A stretch of DNA of 63,525 bases, the filler included, from Ministeria vibrans ATCC 50519 (Eukaryota; Protista; Filasterea), in NCBI GenBank assembly GCA_943704425.1. It is 7 parts of 7 records of this genome, joined end to end, with 100 filler letters (N's around TTAATTAATTAA, not from the genome) between each part and the next. Parts side by side here need not be neighbours in the genome. Positions count along the whole stretch, not along the records: positions 28,274 to 40,253 come from CALSCP010002756.1; positions 40,354 to 52,645 come from CALSCP010001800.1; 5 more parts are not named here. One strand, given 5' to 3'. The notes under the pieces were generated by a model. It made no database searches and was not told the DNA's origin. It saw nothing but the letters and a program-made list of their open reading frames with translations. How positions within the stretch are numbered: the first letter of the stretch is position 1; each line of letters opens with the position of its first letter. The position numbers and the translations under genes are program-made. Below, one piece after another: positions 34,396-46,032 of this stretch.

Positions 34396-34872
34396 GGGTT
34401 CATATGACTGAGAGCGACGTAACAACAGACTTTGTTTCGTGTACCTCAAACGCATGGGCCTTTCCGTTCACTTGCAAATTAGCAGTGAGAGTGTCTTCAA
34501 AGACCTGCCGCGTGCGCAAGTCGGGGTTTTCCCCCTTGTCGATGAAGCTACAGAGCAACGGTCGTCTTAACCTCACTCACTTCACACACACTATTTGTCC
34601 GTCTCCTACTCAAGAATGTCGACGGGCACCATCACATCACGCAGACTGTCCTTCATGCCATCCAGTGCGCCCATGTGGGAGACGGTGTCGTTTCTACGCG
34701 AAGCACAGCGAGTGAGTTGAATTCCGGAGAGAGATCACCTTGATCCATCGTACAGCAGCTTGTTGAGTGCCTCCTGAGACTCAAAGTCGCTCACGACAAT
34801 GCCCACTTGTCTAAGACTCTCAATGAGCTTCTCCAGCGTCCCAGCCGCCTCTTTTTCTTTCGAGTTGGACAT
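34173..34872 (-). CDS. MED10: Mediator subunit 10 (4 exons; mostly missed by the ORF track)
   Basis: LEKLIESLRQVGIVVSDF..L|NDTV..DVMVPVDIL.|FIDKGENPDLRT..NLQVNGK..|..ALSKTYP. Confidence 0.87.
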
Positions 34873-35127
34873 TAGGAGAAAAAAAAAAAGTGGCATATAT
34901 AATTAATATAAAAATTAAAAATTAAAGAAATATTCGAGTCCAATTGGGGAGTGAGCGGACTTGGGGGTCGGTCGGTGGATTTCAACTTTGCGATCGGACC
35001 GATATGTGGTCTCTGCCTCTCTGGCATCATTTGGATCGCCAATGTTGGGTCGGGAGACACAGATCGGGAGTTAAAAACTCAAAATTTTGATCAGGATTTC
35101 ATTTAATTATTTTAATCAATTTATTCT

Positions 35128-37002
35128 ATGCTGCTCGCGGTCGTTTCGCTCGCCGCGTCTATGGCCTGCTTGGGGATGGTGGTCACGGGCGAAGGAGGTG
35201 CTGGTGGGCGGTATTGCGTGCCGGGAGAGTCATGCTGGCCGAGTGCAGCGGATGTCGAAGCGCTGTACACGGCGCTTGATCCTTCTGCTTCGCGTTCGCT
35301 CGTCTACGCCGGCCCTGGCACACCGTGGCCCATGTCGGTGCCGTCGGACTCGCCGGGGAACCAGCCGCTCTACGGTGCCAACAAGGATATTCCAGCATTG
35401 ACGGTTCAGGCGCCAGGCGTTCGTGAGTTTGCGTGCTTTGTCAACTCCTACGCGCCCGCATCGTGTCTCATGTCGACGCGCAACAATCCCCTCCAGGGCT
35501 GGACGCCGTCCTTTATCGCATGGCCGCTGACGACAGCCCAAGTGCAATCGTGCGTGCAATTTGCCGTTGCACACCGCTTGTGCATTGCCGTCGCCGGCAC
35601 GGGCCACGACTTTCTCAATCGACACACTTGCGACCAGGGTATTCTCATCCGCACATCGCTGATGAAAAGCGTATCCTGGGCGACGGACAACTCGTCGATT
35701 ACTGTGGGCACGGGCACTGTTTTTAGTGAAGCGGCCGCAGAGACTACCAAGCGCAGTCGGTACATTGCCTGCGGCTGGGCCGGCACCGTCGGCGTCGTCG
35801 GCTGGACCATTGGCGGTGGCCACGGGCCGTTCACAGCCCACGCAGGCCTGGGTGTTGACAATCTGCTCGGCGCTGAAGTTGTCACGGCCACTGGCGAGGT
35901 GGTGGTGGCCAACAATAAGACCAACACGGACCTGTACTGGGCTCTACGGGGCGGTGGCGGGTCGGCGTGGGGTGTGCTGACGAGCGTGACACTGCGGACG
36001 CACGTGACTCCTGCCAGCGGCTTCACGATGGCCGCGGCGCTGTGGGCCGGCGACCTGTGCGACATAGAGCGCGTACAGGCGCACCTTGATGCTTACTTTG
36101 CGTGGAGTCTGACGCTCGACACCCTCTGGAATGGTATACTCTGGGCCTCGAGCCAGTCGTCAACGAGCTCTCCATGCGGTGCCACGTGGTCGCTGCTGGT
36201 CACGTATGCGTTCCTGGGTGGCCGCAATGAAACGGCGTTTACCGAGCGATGGAACAACTTGACGAGCCAAGGATCTCCGCTGCCACTGCCCGATTCGATT
36301 CAGTCGTTTCGAACATTCTGGGACTTCGAAAATGCCATTTTGCTTCAGGTGGTGGTGCCCCTGCCCACACTGGCACCGTCGAACACGTCTGCAGGCAGTG
36401 ATCCCTCGGTGCTGGTGTCACGGGAGCGGGTCGAAAGCGGCGAGGTGACGGCTGCCGTGTTGACGGGACTCCAAGCATGGCAACGGACGCCGCCCATCTG
36501 GCTGACTGCGCAGCTGTTCCACGACCTTACCGGGCAGCGGGGTTCGCTGCAACCCAGCGACGTGTCTATCTCACACGGCCTACGCACCGCAATGATCCAC
36601 TATGTCATTGGGCTGTCGGAACCGTCGATCCTCGAAGAGACCTACTATCCGCTCGGCAACAACTCCTACATGAACGAGGCAGCCTACGAGATGACCAACT
36701 GGACCGATCGGCTGTGGGGCGACAACTACACGGAGCTGCTGAAGATCAAGCAGCGCTGGGATCCAAACAACACTTTCTGGTGTCGACACTGCGTCGGCTC
36801 CGAAGGCATCACGTTTGATTCTGTGAAAACCGTGCCACACACTCCCCCGAAGACGTTGAGCACTGGTGCCATTGCCGGCATTGCCGTCGGCAGCGTGCTG
36901 GCCGTCGTCGTGCTCACCACCGTCGTGTACCTCGCGTTGCGTCGTGACATAGCAACCCTAGGCGAACGCAAGCCTATTCTTGACCAACAAGCTCGGCACT
37001 AA
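35128..37002 (+). CDS. FAD-linked oxidase (berberine-bridge-enzyme/VAO family), secreted with C-terminal TM anchor, intronless
   Basis: Signal peptide, CVPGESCWPS, GTGHDFLNR (flavin-binding His), GWTIGGGHGP, DLYWALRGGGG, YMNEA..WGDNYTELLKIKQRWDP, TM AIAGIAVGSVLAVVVLTTVVYLAL. Confidence 0.92.
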   Translation: MLLAVVSLAASMACLGMVVTGEGGAGGRYCVPGESCWPSAADVEALYTALDPSASRSLVYAGPGTPWPMSVPSDSPGNQPLYGANKDIPALTVQAPGVREFACFVNSYAPASCLMSTRNNPLQGWTPSFIAWPLTTAQVQSCVQFAVAHRLCIAVAGTGHDFLNRHTCDQGILIRTSLMKSVSWATDNSSITVGTGTVFSEAAAETTKRSRYIACGWAGTVGVVGWTIGGGHGPFTAHAGLGVDNLLGAEVVTATGEVVVANNKTNTDLYWALRGGGGSAWGVLTSVTLRTHVTPASGFTMAAALWAGDLCDIERVQAHLDAYFAWSLTLDTLWNGILWASSQSSTSSPCGATWSLLVTYAFLGGRNETAFTERWNNLTSQGSPLPLPDSIQSFRTFWDFENAILLQVVVPLPTLAPSNTSAGSDPSVLVSRERVESGEVTAAVLTGLQAWQRTPPIWLTAQLFHDLTGQRGSLQPSDVSISHGLRTAMIHYVIGLSEPSILEETYYPLGNNSYMNEAAYEMTNWTDRLWGDNYTELLKIKQRWDPNNTFWCRHCVGSEGITFDSVKTVPHTPPKTLSTGAIAGIAVGSVLAVVVLTTVVYLALRRDIATLGERKPILDQQARH

Positions 37003-37215
37003 AAAGCAATAGCAATAATATCTCGTTTCGACATGGCGTGAAATTCTTGATTTTGCATAGCGAATTAACGACCGCTCAACGAACACATAAGTAGGCCTTT
37101 CCTTTCACTGTACACCACAAATCACGTTTATTAATTTACTATTATTTATTATTTCGAATAAGACTTTATTCTGTCTTTTACTCTTTCTCGGGCAGAAAAA
37201 AAAACTTCATCATAA

Positions 37216-37283
37216 GCGACACGCGCAACATACGATTGAGATATGGCGACACGCGCAACATACGATTGAGATATGGCGACACA
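37216..37283 (+). repeat. 30-bp tandem duplication GCGACACGCGCAACATACGATTGAGATATG (about 2.3 copies)
   Basis: Directly visible. Confidence 0.9.
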
Positions 37284-37418
37284 AGCGACTGAGGCGGCAA
37301 AGTGGACGATATGTGTGGCTGCTGACGAGAGCGAAAATGCGCTTCGTGCACTCAAGCTGGCATTTGCCCTGGCCCACTCGCTGCAGCCACACTCAGAGTT
37401 GGTCGTGATCCACGCATC
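37273..37418 (+). pseudogene. Truncated universal stress protein (USP) N-terminus
   Basis: MATQATEAAKWTICVAADESENALRALKLAFALAHSLQPHSELVVIHA matches the USP beta1-alpha1-beta2 pattern. It breaks into AT-rich sequence with no clear donor site and no continuation. Confidence 0.55.
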
Positions 37419-37495
37419 AGGCTGCAAAAATTTATAAAAATAGACACGGAATTTTAGAGATCAACTAAAATTTCAGGATTCATTTTCTGCCGTCT

Positions 37496-38480
37496 TCATG
37501 CGCCGGGGCAGGTACCGCCGCGACCAGTGGCCACGAGAGTCTGCTCGTTGATCCAATCAGGGAAGGGAGCAACGAAGGAGCGGACAATCGACTCGGGCAC
37601 ATTCGTCTCGGTCGCGTGGTTCTGGAAGAAGACCTTCAAATTCTGTCCGTCGACGTACAGCGGCACGCCGTTTGCGCCGCCCGTCGTACACGTGAATTCG
37701 CAGGCGGAGCGTAGGCCGTCGTAGTACAGACGCGCGTCGTCCAGGGCACAGCCGCACTGCTCCGTCTGCGAGTTCCACGCGCAGATGCTGGACGGACCGC
37801 ACAGCGACTGCCGCTGCAGCACGCCGTACTTGGTCTGATTCTGCGACGTGTCCACCTTGGTCGCCGGGTCCACCTTGCTCGCGGTCCAATCGATGAACCA
37901 GCCGTTGGTCGGCTGCGTCACAATGATGTCGCGCACGTCCGACGACGACGGCGTGTCCGTGAGCAGGAAGCGCAGCGTGAAGCGCGTCGTTTGCGCGTGA
38001 ACAGCAGCGAAAAGTCGCCTGTCGACGTCGTGGCAAAGTACTCCGTGCCTTCCTGCACGAGGCCACCGTACTGGCTGGTCGAGTCGAAGGCCATGTACGG
38101 CAGTGCGGTTGTGTTGTGGTTCTCCTCGGCCGTCAGCGACGTCCTCGTCATCTGTGCGGTCTTGCTGAAGACGATTGAGGAAACCTTGTGCGGCGTAATG
38201 AGGCTCGTCTTGCCGCTCTCGCACTGCGGCGCCACGTTCGGCGCGTTGAAGAAAGTGTCGTTGTTGAGCACGTACACGTTCTCGTAGCCGGTCAGCGAAC
38301 CGTCGTTGTCGAAGAGCGACAGGAGGCGGTCGCCGCTCGTGAACGATGAAAACGAGTCTGTGTTGGAGCAGAACAGCCGCTGGCTCTCCTCGTTCGACGC
38401 CGCCTTGAAAAACGAAATGTGCCGCAACTCGACAGTGTCGGCAAAATACGCATTGCGGAAAAAAAATGCGGGCGGATAGG
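37496..38480 (-). pseudogene. Frameshifted C-terminal fragment of a large secreted protein, resembling G8-domain/CEMIP-TMEM2-like proteins
   Basis: Two overlapping coding-like frames switch near 37990. Motif DR..LFDNDGSLTG..LNNDTFFNAP..QC and a Cys-rich end. No start or signal peptide. Confidence 0.4.
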
Positions 38481-38818
38481 CGAACGAGAGGCGAACCCGT
38501 TGGGCTGCTTCCATCCAATTGCCACATTGGGAATCTACATAAATAAAAAAGAAGAAGTGACATATTTAGATATATTCAAGAAAAAATCGAAAAATGCACG
38601 CGTAGAAGTACAAGACATTCAGATGCCCTCAGATATCTGAGGACATTTCAGATGAACTGATCAGATATCCGATGAAAAACCCCTTTCAGATGATCGGAAT
38701 CCGATCCCCGAAATCTGATAAATCACTAAGTCTGTTTGAAGTTACGACTCAACTAAAAATTTGAAATGAGTCAATCTTTTAATCTTTTCTCATCTCAATC
38801 ACCAAGACACGTGCGTGT

Positions 38819-40140
38819 ATGGGGCGTCGAACAAAGGGCGAATATGTCGCCATTGAGACGGACGACGAGGCGGAGGATGCGCCTCCGAAACTTTCTCCTT
38901 CTGCGCCACTTCTCGGCGACGGCACGTCAGCTCCTGCAACAGGTACTGTCCCATTTGTCACTATTTGCCTGTGGGGCGACAGTGGGCAGCGATAAGTGCG
39001 ACGAAACGACGCGATTTATCGTTTTAGCGTTTTTTGCGTTCAGTCGACCAACCGACTTTTTTATATAAAAAAGAAGCGAGAACTGAAAATATATCAAATT
39101 CCCCATTGCTCTGTAGTGGTCTCGCCTGGCGACGGGAGACCTCCCTCATTTCCTGACTTCTATCCCGGAGGAGCTAACAGCGGCTCGCACTCGTCGACGG
39201 GTCGCTGGTATGGCATTCAAGATCTCGACGACTTTTTCATTCGCGTAAGTGTCTCCCACTGGGCATTTTTTGGGTGTTTCTCTTCGCTACGCACCTCCCG
39301 CGCCGCCTCCCACCGTCGCTTTCCTTTCTATACGCTGCCACAGCGGTGTGTGGCCCCTGCATGTGACGCAGCTTGTCCCGTACACCGCAGCAACCGCATT
39401 TTGCACGTCAAATGTGAACTTGCGGCCTCTCCCTCTCCGCCCTGCCCACATTGCGTGCGTCTCGCACTTGAAATCATGTCTACACCACATATGTTTGCGA
39501 CTGTATCTACGGTTGCGAGCCAATGGCGAACAGGCTCTCTTTTTGTGTGTTTCGTAGTTGATATGATTTAATATGTGTCGAAACCTCACTTCTCAATCAT
39601 ATGTACACAACATGTGTTTGTGACGATGCGAAATGGATTGATTTGCAATCCAATTGCGAGCATGTATACTTTTTGTGTGTCTCGTAGTTGACTTCTTTGT
39701 TTGTTTGTTTTTTTTTTATGTGTCTAGGTGTATCGCTACTACGAACGCAAAGGGTTTCGCGCCATCATCCTTGCTCGCGTGCTCAACCTTGTTACCTTTG
39801 GCTTTGTGGTCTTTTTCACCTTCTTCCTCGTGGGCTGTGTCAACTACCACACTCTCTGGTCACTGAGCAATTCGGGTGAGCCATTTTCCGTCTGGGACGC
39901 CGTCTCCTTTGCGCAAATCGACACGGTATTCATTATTATAATTATGTTCCATCCATCCAACCTGTAACGTGTGTACTCATGGAAGAAAAAAAACAATTTG
40001 ATAGGTTCACCCTGTTTTGGCCACCGCAATGGCCATTTGTGCCATCTTTTGGCTGTACAAGGTCATCTTTCTTGTTGCCAAGATTCGCTCCCTGCACGAA
40101 ATGCGAACGTTTTACCGTGAAGAGCTCCACATCTCAGACG
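38819..40140 (+). CDS. ATG9: Autophagy lipid scramblase ATG9, N-terminal exons (3'-truncated by contig end)
   Basis: WYGIQDLDDFFIR|VYRYYERKGFRAIILARVLNLVTFGFVVFFTFFLVGCVNY and EMRTFYREELHISD. Confidence 0.92.
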
Positions 40141-40144
40141 TAAG

Positions 40145-40253
<109 letters not shown>

Positions 40254-40353
40254 NNNNNNNNNNNNNNNNNNNNNNNNNNNNNNNNNNNNNNNNNNNNTTA
40301 ATTAATTAANNNNNNNNNNNNNNNNNNNNNNNNNNNNNNNNNNNNNNNNNNNN

Positions 40354-40909
40354 CGCCCCCGCCCCCGCCGCTCTCCGACTCGTACTACCCGCCACCGCAT
40401 CAGCAGCGTCAGCACGTCTATCCGCCAGAACACCCCCCACACGAAGCCTTCCTGCCCCCACGCGAACCCTGGCAATCCATCGCCGCTCGCTTTGATCCAG
40501 CCGCTTCGCTTCCAGCCCCACCGCTATCAGCACCACCACCCACAACGACAGCACCAACCGCCACGATGTCGCCGCCTGCGTCACAAGAACCGCACACTCC
40601 CCAGACAGCACTGCGCACCGCCGCTGCCTACATCATCGAGCAGATGAAGCAACAGCAGCACCACCAATTGCCACCCGAGCCGCCCCATCCACACCAACCA
40701 CTGCAACTCTCTCGTCACGGTTATTCCTCATACGACGATCAACATTTACACCAATCGCAGCTTCAACAGCCTGTGGAAGTGCTAGAAGAAGAGGTACATC
40801 TCGCGCGCCTTCAACAACAACTACACGAACAGTATCGCCTCCTGCGCGATCAGACATCGTACCAACCAGTGCAACACCATCAACAACAGTATCAACAACA
40901 ACAGCAGCC

Positions 40910-40970
<61 letters not shown>

Positions 40971-43900
40971 CGGCAGCAGCAGCAGCAGCAGCAGCAACAG
41001 CAACAGCAGCAGCAGCAGCCACAGCAACCTCAGTCTGATGCCCAACCCCCAGTGCCCCCGTCATCTCAATATCCGTACATCACTCAGGAGCAGCAACCAC
41101 CTCCCATTCCCGATCTGCATGACGTCCCACGCTTCCAACCATTCACCTTCATCAACAGACACACCCCAGTCACGTCCGCCGCTACCACCACTAACACTCT
41201 CAGTCGTCATATTGTCGACATGGACCTCAGCGACTCAGATCACGACGAAACAACCCTCGAAGCAGTGCCAGTCGAGGCAAGGGACGAAGAAGAAGGAGAT
41301 ATCTTGAAGAGTGATAGCGAGAGTGACAATGACGATGACGATGGGCCTCTTGCCGCATTGCGTTTGGCTGCTCTTCGGGCCATGGAGCAGCGCAACAAAG
41401 AGGCCCTTGCACACGCTTCGAAACGCACCAGACCGACACTGAAACAGCGCAAACGCCAGAAGAACCGCAAGCGCAAAGGAGCGAAACTGTTGCAACAACA
41501 AGAACAACAAAGACAGGAGCGGCTCAATAAGGGCGGAGCGCGCTCTACAGTAAAAGCACCCGTGCCAGTGACAGTCTCAGTGCCTACGACTGGCTCAGGG
41601 CGGTCAAAAGCAGACGAATTTCTTGCCTCCTTTGCCACGGAGCCCACTCTCCCTCCGCAAAGCGCAAGTGTGTCTCCTCCTGTGACTCTGGCTCCTACTC
41701 CTCTCCCTGCTTCTGCTCCTGCAGTGTCGGTGCCTCCTTCTCCTCTTCCCTTCGCTGCTCCTCCTCCGCGACAAATGATCATTGTCATTGGCAATGACTC
41801 ATCGTCCGACGACGAAATAGACAGCCCTGTGCGCTCCTCTCATCCCACCACGCTCCAACAACAACAGCAGCGGCAGCAACAACAACAACAACAACAACAA
41901 CAACAGCAGCAGCAACAACGGCAAGTCCAGCAGCCACTCGCCTCTTCTTCTTCATTGACTGCACTCAACAAGCAATCCGAGCTGGAGCGCTTGCGTCGTC
42001 TTGTGCAGGAGCGTACGGAGGAACTTGCACGCGTCCGAATGCAGACTGCCCGTCGCAGTGCAGTCGCTTCACTCGCCGCTAAAAAGTCTGCTGCACTTGC
42101 TGCTGCTGCTGCCGCCTCTACCGCGTCTGCTGTTGCTGCTGGTGCATCCTCTCCAGCTCCATCCACACCCCCTCGAATGCGCTCGCCGCTTCCTCCTGCG
42201 CGTCCTGCTGCTTCCATAGGCACGACCATTGCCGAGCTGGAAGAGCAAAAGACACGCGCTCAGTCATCGGCGAGCATGATCAAACGTGACCCGTCGCTCA
42301 CGCCGCTCCGTCGGGGTGTCAGCGAGCACGAAGCGGCCCTTGCACAGGCCCGCGTTGCCGTCCAAGACCGCAAGGCACATTTGAAACGACTCACCGCTGA
42401 CTGTGCCGAGGTGTCCAAGAGCCTCGAGCAACACGAAGCAAAGTTGCGTGCACTCTTGCGTGAGGCTGAGCGACTCCGGGCTACAGCGAGCACTGCACAG
42501 CACACACGCGAGACACTCGTCAAAGAGATGGAACAAGTCAAACAGCAGTTGACACGCGAGGAGAAACACGCGGATGTGTGCGAAGAGAGTGTTCATCAGG
42601 CGCGCGAGATGTTGTTGCGTCGCGAGCAGGAGCGCAAGCGCGAAATTGCCGAGCGACGTCGCCAGATTGAGGCGCAGCTGGAGATTGTGCGTAAACGCAT
42701 TGACTTCCCTCAGGGCGCCGCCACGACCACCGAAGTCGCAGCAGCAGCAACAACAGCAGTAGAGACGACAAGAGCAACAGAGGCAGCTGAGCCTGACGGC
42801 AGCAACAACACAAATGCGACGGAACATGCCATTCTTCAGCCCACCACTCACACAGCTCAAGCTCTCTTTGACTCACTCCTTTCCTCCTCCACCCTCTCCG
42901 TTTCCGTCTCTGGCTCCGTCTCGGGCCCTGGCTCTGGCTCTGGCTCTGGCTCCGATCTCGCCGTAACTTCTTCTTACAGCGCTAGTACTGCTCCCGAGGA
43001 CGACTCCTCAACTCTATTGCAGTCCTATCAGCAGTATCACAGCCCTTTGACACTCTTCCGCTCCTACCGTCTTTCTCCGTTCTACCGCACTCACGAAGGT
43101 CACGACCTCGTCTCGCCGTCGTGGTCGCACAAGGTTGATGTGCTTCGCTGTCTGTGTCAGTACGACCTGCACGGCACTTGCAACGACCGCTCGTGTCCGT
43201 GGCAGCACGAGCGTGGCTATTTGCAAACCGAGCTGGAGCACCTCGAGGACCTCGCGTCGTACCATCGCGACTGTGTGGAGGCGCGGGACGCCAACGAAGC
43301 ACACGATGCGGCGTCGGCCATTGTCAAGGGAGTCCGCGATCGCTATGCCTCGTTGCGCCTTGGTGTTGAGCAGCTGGCGCTCATCATTGTGGGAGAGGTC
43401 AACAAGTCGCACGACGACGCAAAGACACACTTTGTTGTGCCCTCGCGTCGTCCCTGGCGACCCACTCAGCAGCTCAAGGAGCTTGGACCCTCCGCAACGT
43501 CAAATACAACGACGGACGAAGATATGAAAGATGACCAGCCGAAGACAAAGCAGAAGAAGCGCAAGGCGGAAGAAGACGCTCCTCTAGAGATGGACTTGGA
43601 GCTGACGGAGTGCACCGATGCCATGGCCGTCGCAACCACCACGACAACGACGGCGCCCAGTCGTTACTTTCACGACGGAGCTGTGTTGTCACTGACGGAC
43701 CTGGAAGAACGTCTGCGGGCGGGAGCCCACACAGAGTCGCTGTGGCTCGCCTATGTGGATCGTCTACTGCTGAATGCACGCGAGGAAATGGAAAAGCGTG
43801 ATGAGATCGCGACTGCGACTGGATCCACGGAAGAGAACGAGACGGAGGTGCTGACGGCAGACTACTCTGCGCTTGAGAGTGCATTGACACGTGTGGTGCA

Positions 43901-45695
43901 CGCCCTTGAGCGCTCTCTGACCCATGTGCAGTCGAGTGCCGAGCTGTGGTTGCGACGTGTCAATTTTGTCTCTGAACTGGCCCGGTGGTGTGAGCAGCAC
44001 CCGCTCATACGCATGGACAACCTTCCGGTGGTGGGAATGGACCAGGCGGACGCACTTCTCACCAATGCTCTGTCGTACCTACCTCTGTCGCGCCCTCTCT
44101 GGCTTGCGCGTCTTGCGCGCGCATCGTCCCTTGCCGACCAGTGTCGAGTCTGTGAATACATGATTGAGTGTCTCATGCAGCCCCTCCAGTGTCCCACCGC
44201 CGATTCTGTTCCTTCCGATGATTTTGTGACGCCCAGTCGTCGTCTTCTCGAAGCTTTTCTTCTGCTGCTTCAACTGCATTTTGAATCCGGTCAGATTGAG
44301 ACTGCCCTCACGCGCTTTCAGTCTGAAATAAGCTGCGATGCCAGCACAGGCACAGTTGCGTCGTGTCTGTGTGCGGCTGATCTCGCTGCACTGTGGCTCT
44401 GCTACTTTCACACTCTGCTTCACGAGGGCACTCTGCCTCCCGCACTGTTTGATCTTTCTGGCACTAAGACCCGCGCGCGTCCCTTGCACCCATTTCTCAC
44501 CCGCACGGCAACCCTTCCCATTGCACTCACGGTTCCTTCGTCCTCCTCGCGCGAGTCCCTTCTGCGTGTGCGCGCACTCCTTCCGCAGGCACGCCGTGCC
44601 GTTGCCACGGATCCCGCCGCCGCCACTCTCCTGGCCATTGCTTCGCTCGTCCTGAGCCCACCCATCTCTCACGACGACTGGTCCCATCTGCTCGACTCTC
44701 TCTCATCCCCTATTGCCCGCCAGCGCCTTGTCGAGCACCACATTGCCACTTCACCTGGTGACCCCATCACACTGCCGCTCCTCACAACGTCTCTCCCACA
44801 CTCCGCCGCCGTCTTCTACGCCCACGCACGCCACTCCGAGCCTCTCCAAGCCCAGAGCATCCTTCACAACTGTGTGCTCACTCGCTTTGTCTCCGACAGC
44901 GACGACCCCTCACAACTGTACGCCTACCTTCTCGGCCTTCCCCTTCCCTACACCTTCCGTGCGCCTCCCCCGTCCCCCTTTGCGCCTCCCCGCCACGACG
45001 CCCGCGCCGACCCTTGGCTGTGGCTCTGCTACATCTCCCTTGTCGCAGCCTCGTCGTCGCCTGCACACATTTCGTCGCTCTTTGAGACCGCTCTTACTGC
45101 TGCGACGCACGAGGAGTCGCGTCGTCTGCTGTGGCTCGCCTATCTCGACTGGTCTGCGCGCCACTGCACCTGGTCCGACACGCTCACACTGACACATCGT
45201 GCACTCACCGCCACACTGGCGCGCGCCGACGACACACTGGACTCACAGCAGCACGCTGTGTGCCTCATCGACACTGTCGCACAGCATAGCGATAGCAACA
45301 GCAGTCGCACGCTTGCGCTGTGGCAAGCCGCCGTGCGCGTCACGCGCGAGCACCTTACCGCCAATGGCAACAACATTTGCATGGTCATTGCGGCTGCCCG
45401 AGCACACGTCGTGCACAGTGCTATTGGGCGTGCCAAGTCCCTTGTCGGCGACGCCCTCAACGTCTTTCCGCTCTCCGCTCCCCTGTGGCGCCTCGCAGCC
45501 GCCCTCGAGACACACACACACTCGTTGGCCGAGACCCGCTGGCTGCTCACGACCGCCACGCGCCTTCTTCCCCACCGTATCTCCCTCTGGTCTGCCCTCT
45601 GGTCCTTTGAGCACCACACTGCCCTCCGTCGTGATGCTGCCGCTGCCGTCCGCGCCCGTGCTTTGGAAGTCGCCGAGATCTCCCTTCCTTCGTAA
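40354..45695 (+). CDS. ZFC3H1: Zinc-finger C3H1 PAXT/MTREC scaffold (Red1-like), one >5-kb open frame; true start may lie before the contig start
   Basis: YHSPLTLFRSYRLSPFY..SWSHKVD..LCQYDLHGTCNDRSCPWQH, a coiled coil, C-terminal HAT-like repeats (LWLAY..) and polyQ tracts. Confidence 0.88.
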
Positions 45696-46032
45696 CCTTT
45701 TGTTTTCTTCCTCTTCCCTTTCTTCTTCTTGTTCTTCTTCTCTTCTCCTTTGCATGACACAGTAAGTACGATAGCTTGTGAATTTGTTGTTAGTGTGACT
45801 ATATAATGTGACTCTTGTCAGTGAAATATACCCTATACAATACAATGCCAATAATAATAATCGACGGTATGCATATTCTATTGAGAATTATCAGAAGTTG
45901 GGTCATTAGAATTTATTTAGACAGTTTTAACTTTTGGCTTTTGCGGTGGTTGAACATGTTATTAAAACGTATAACAATAAACTTAACAATAAACAATATG
46001 AATAAAATTAACAATTATTCGTTCTGACTGAA

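Noticed and set aside
39245-39727. Long ATG9 intron with a 20-bp direct repeat (TTTTGTGTGTYTCGTAGTTGA) and an 8-bp inverted repeat
   Set aside because: No C/D or H/ACA boxes in a convincing arrangement. It is most simply a local duplication near the acceptor.
40633-45851. Numerous antisense ORFs over ZFC3H1, RMC1, the oxidase and HOOK
   Set aside because: These are shadow ORFs expected from GC-rich coding sequence and have no independent motifs.
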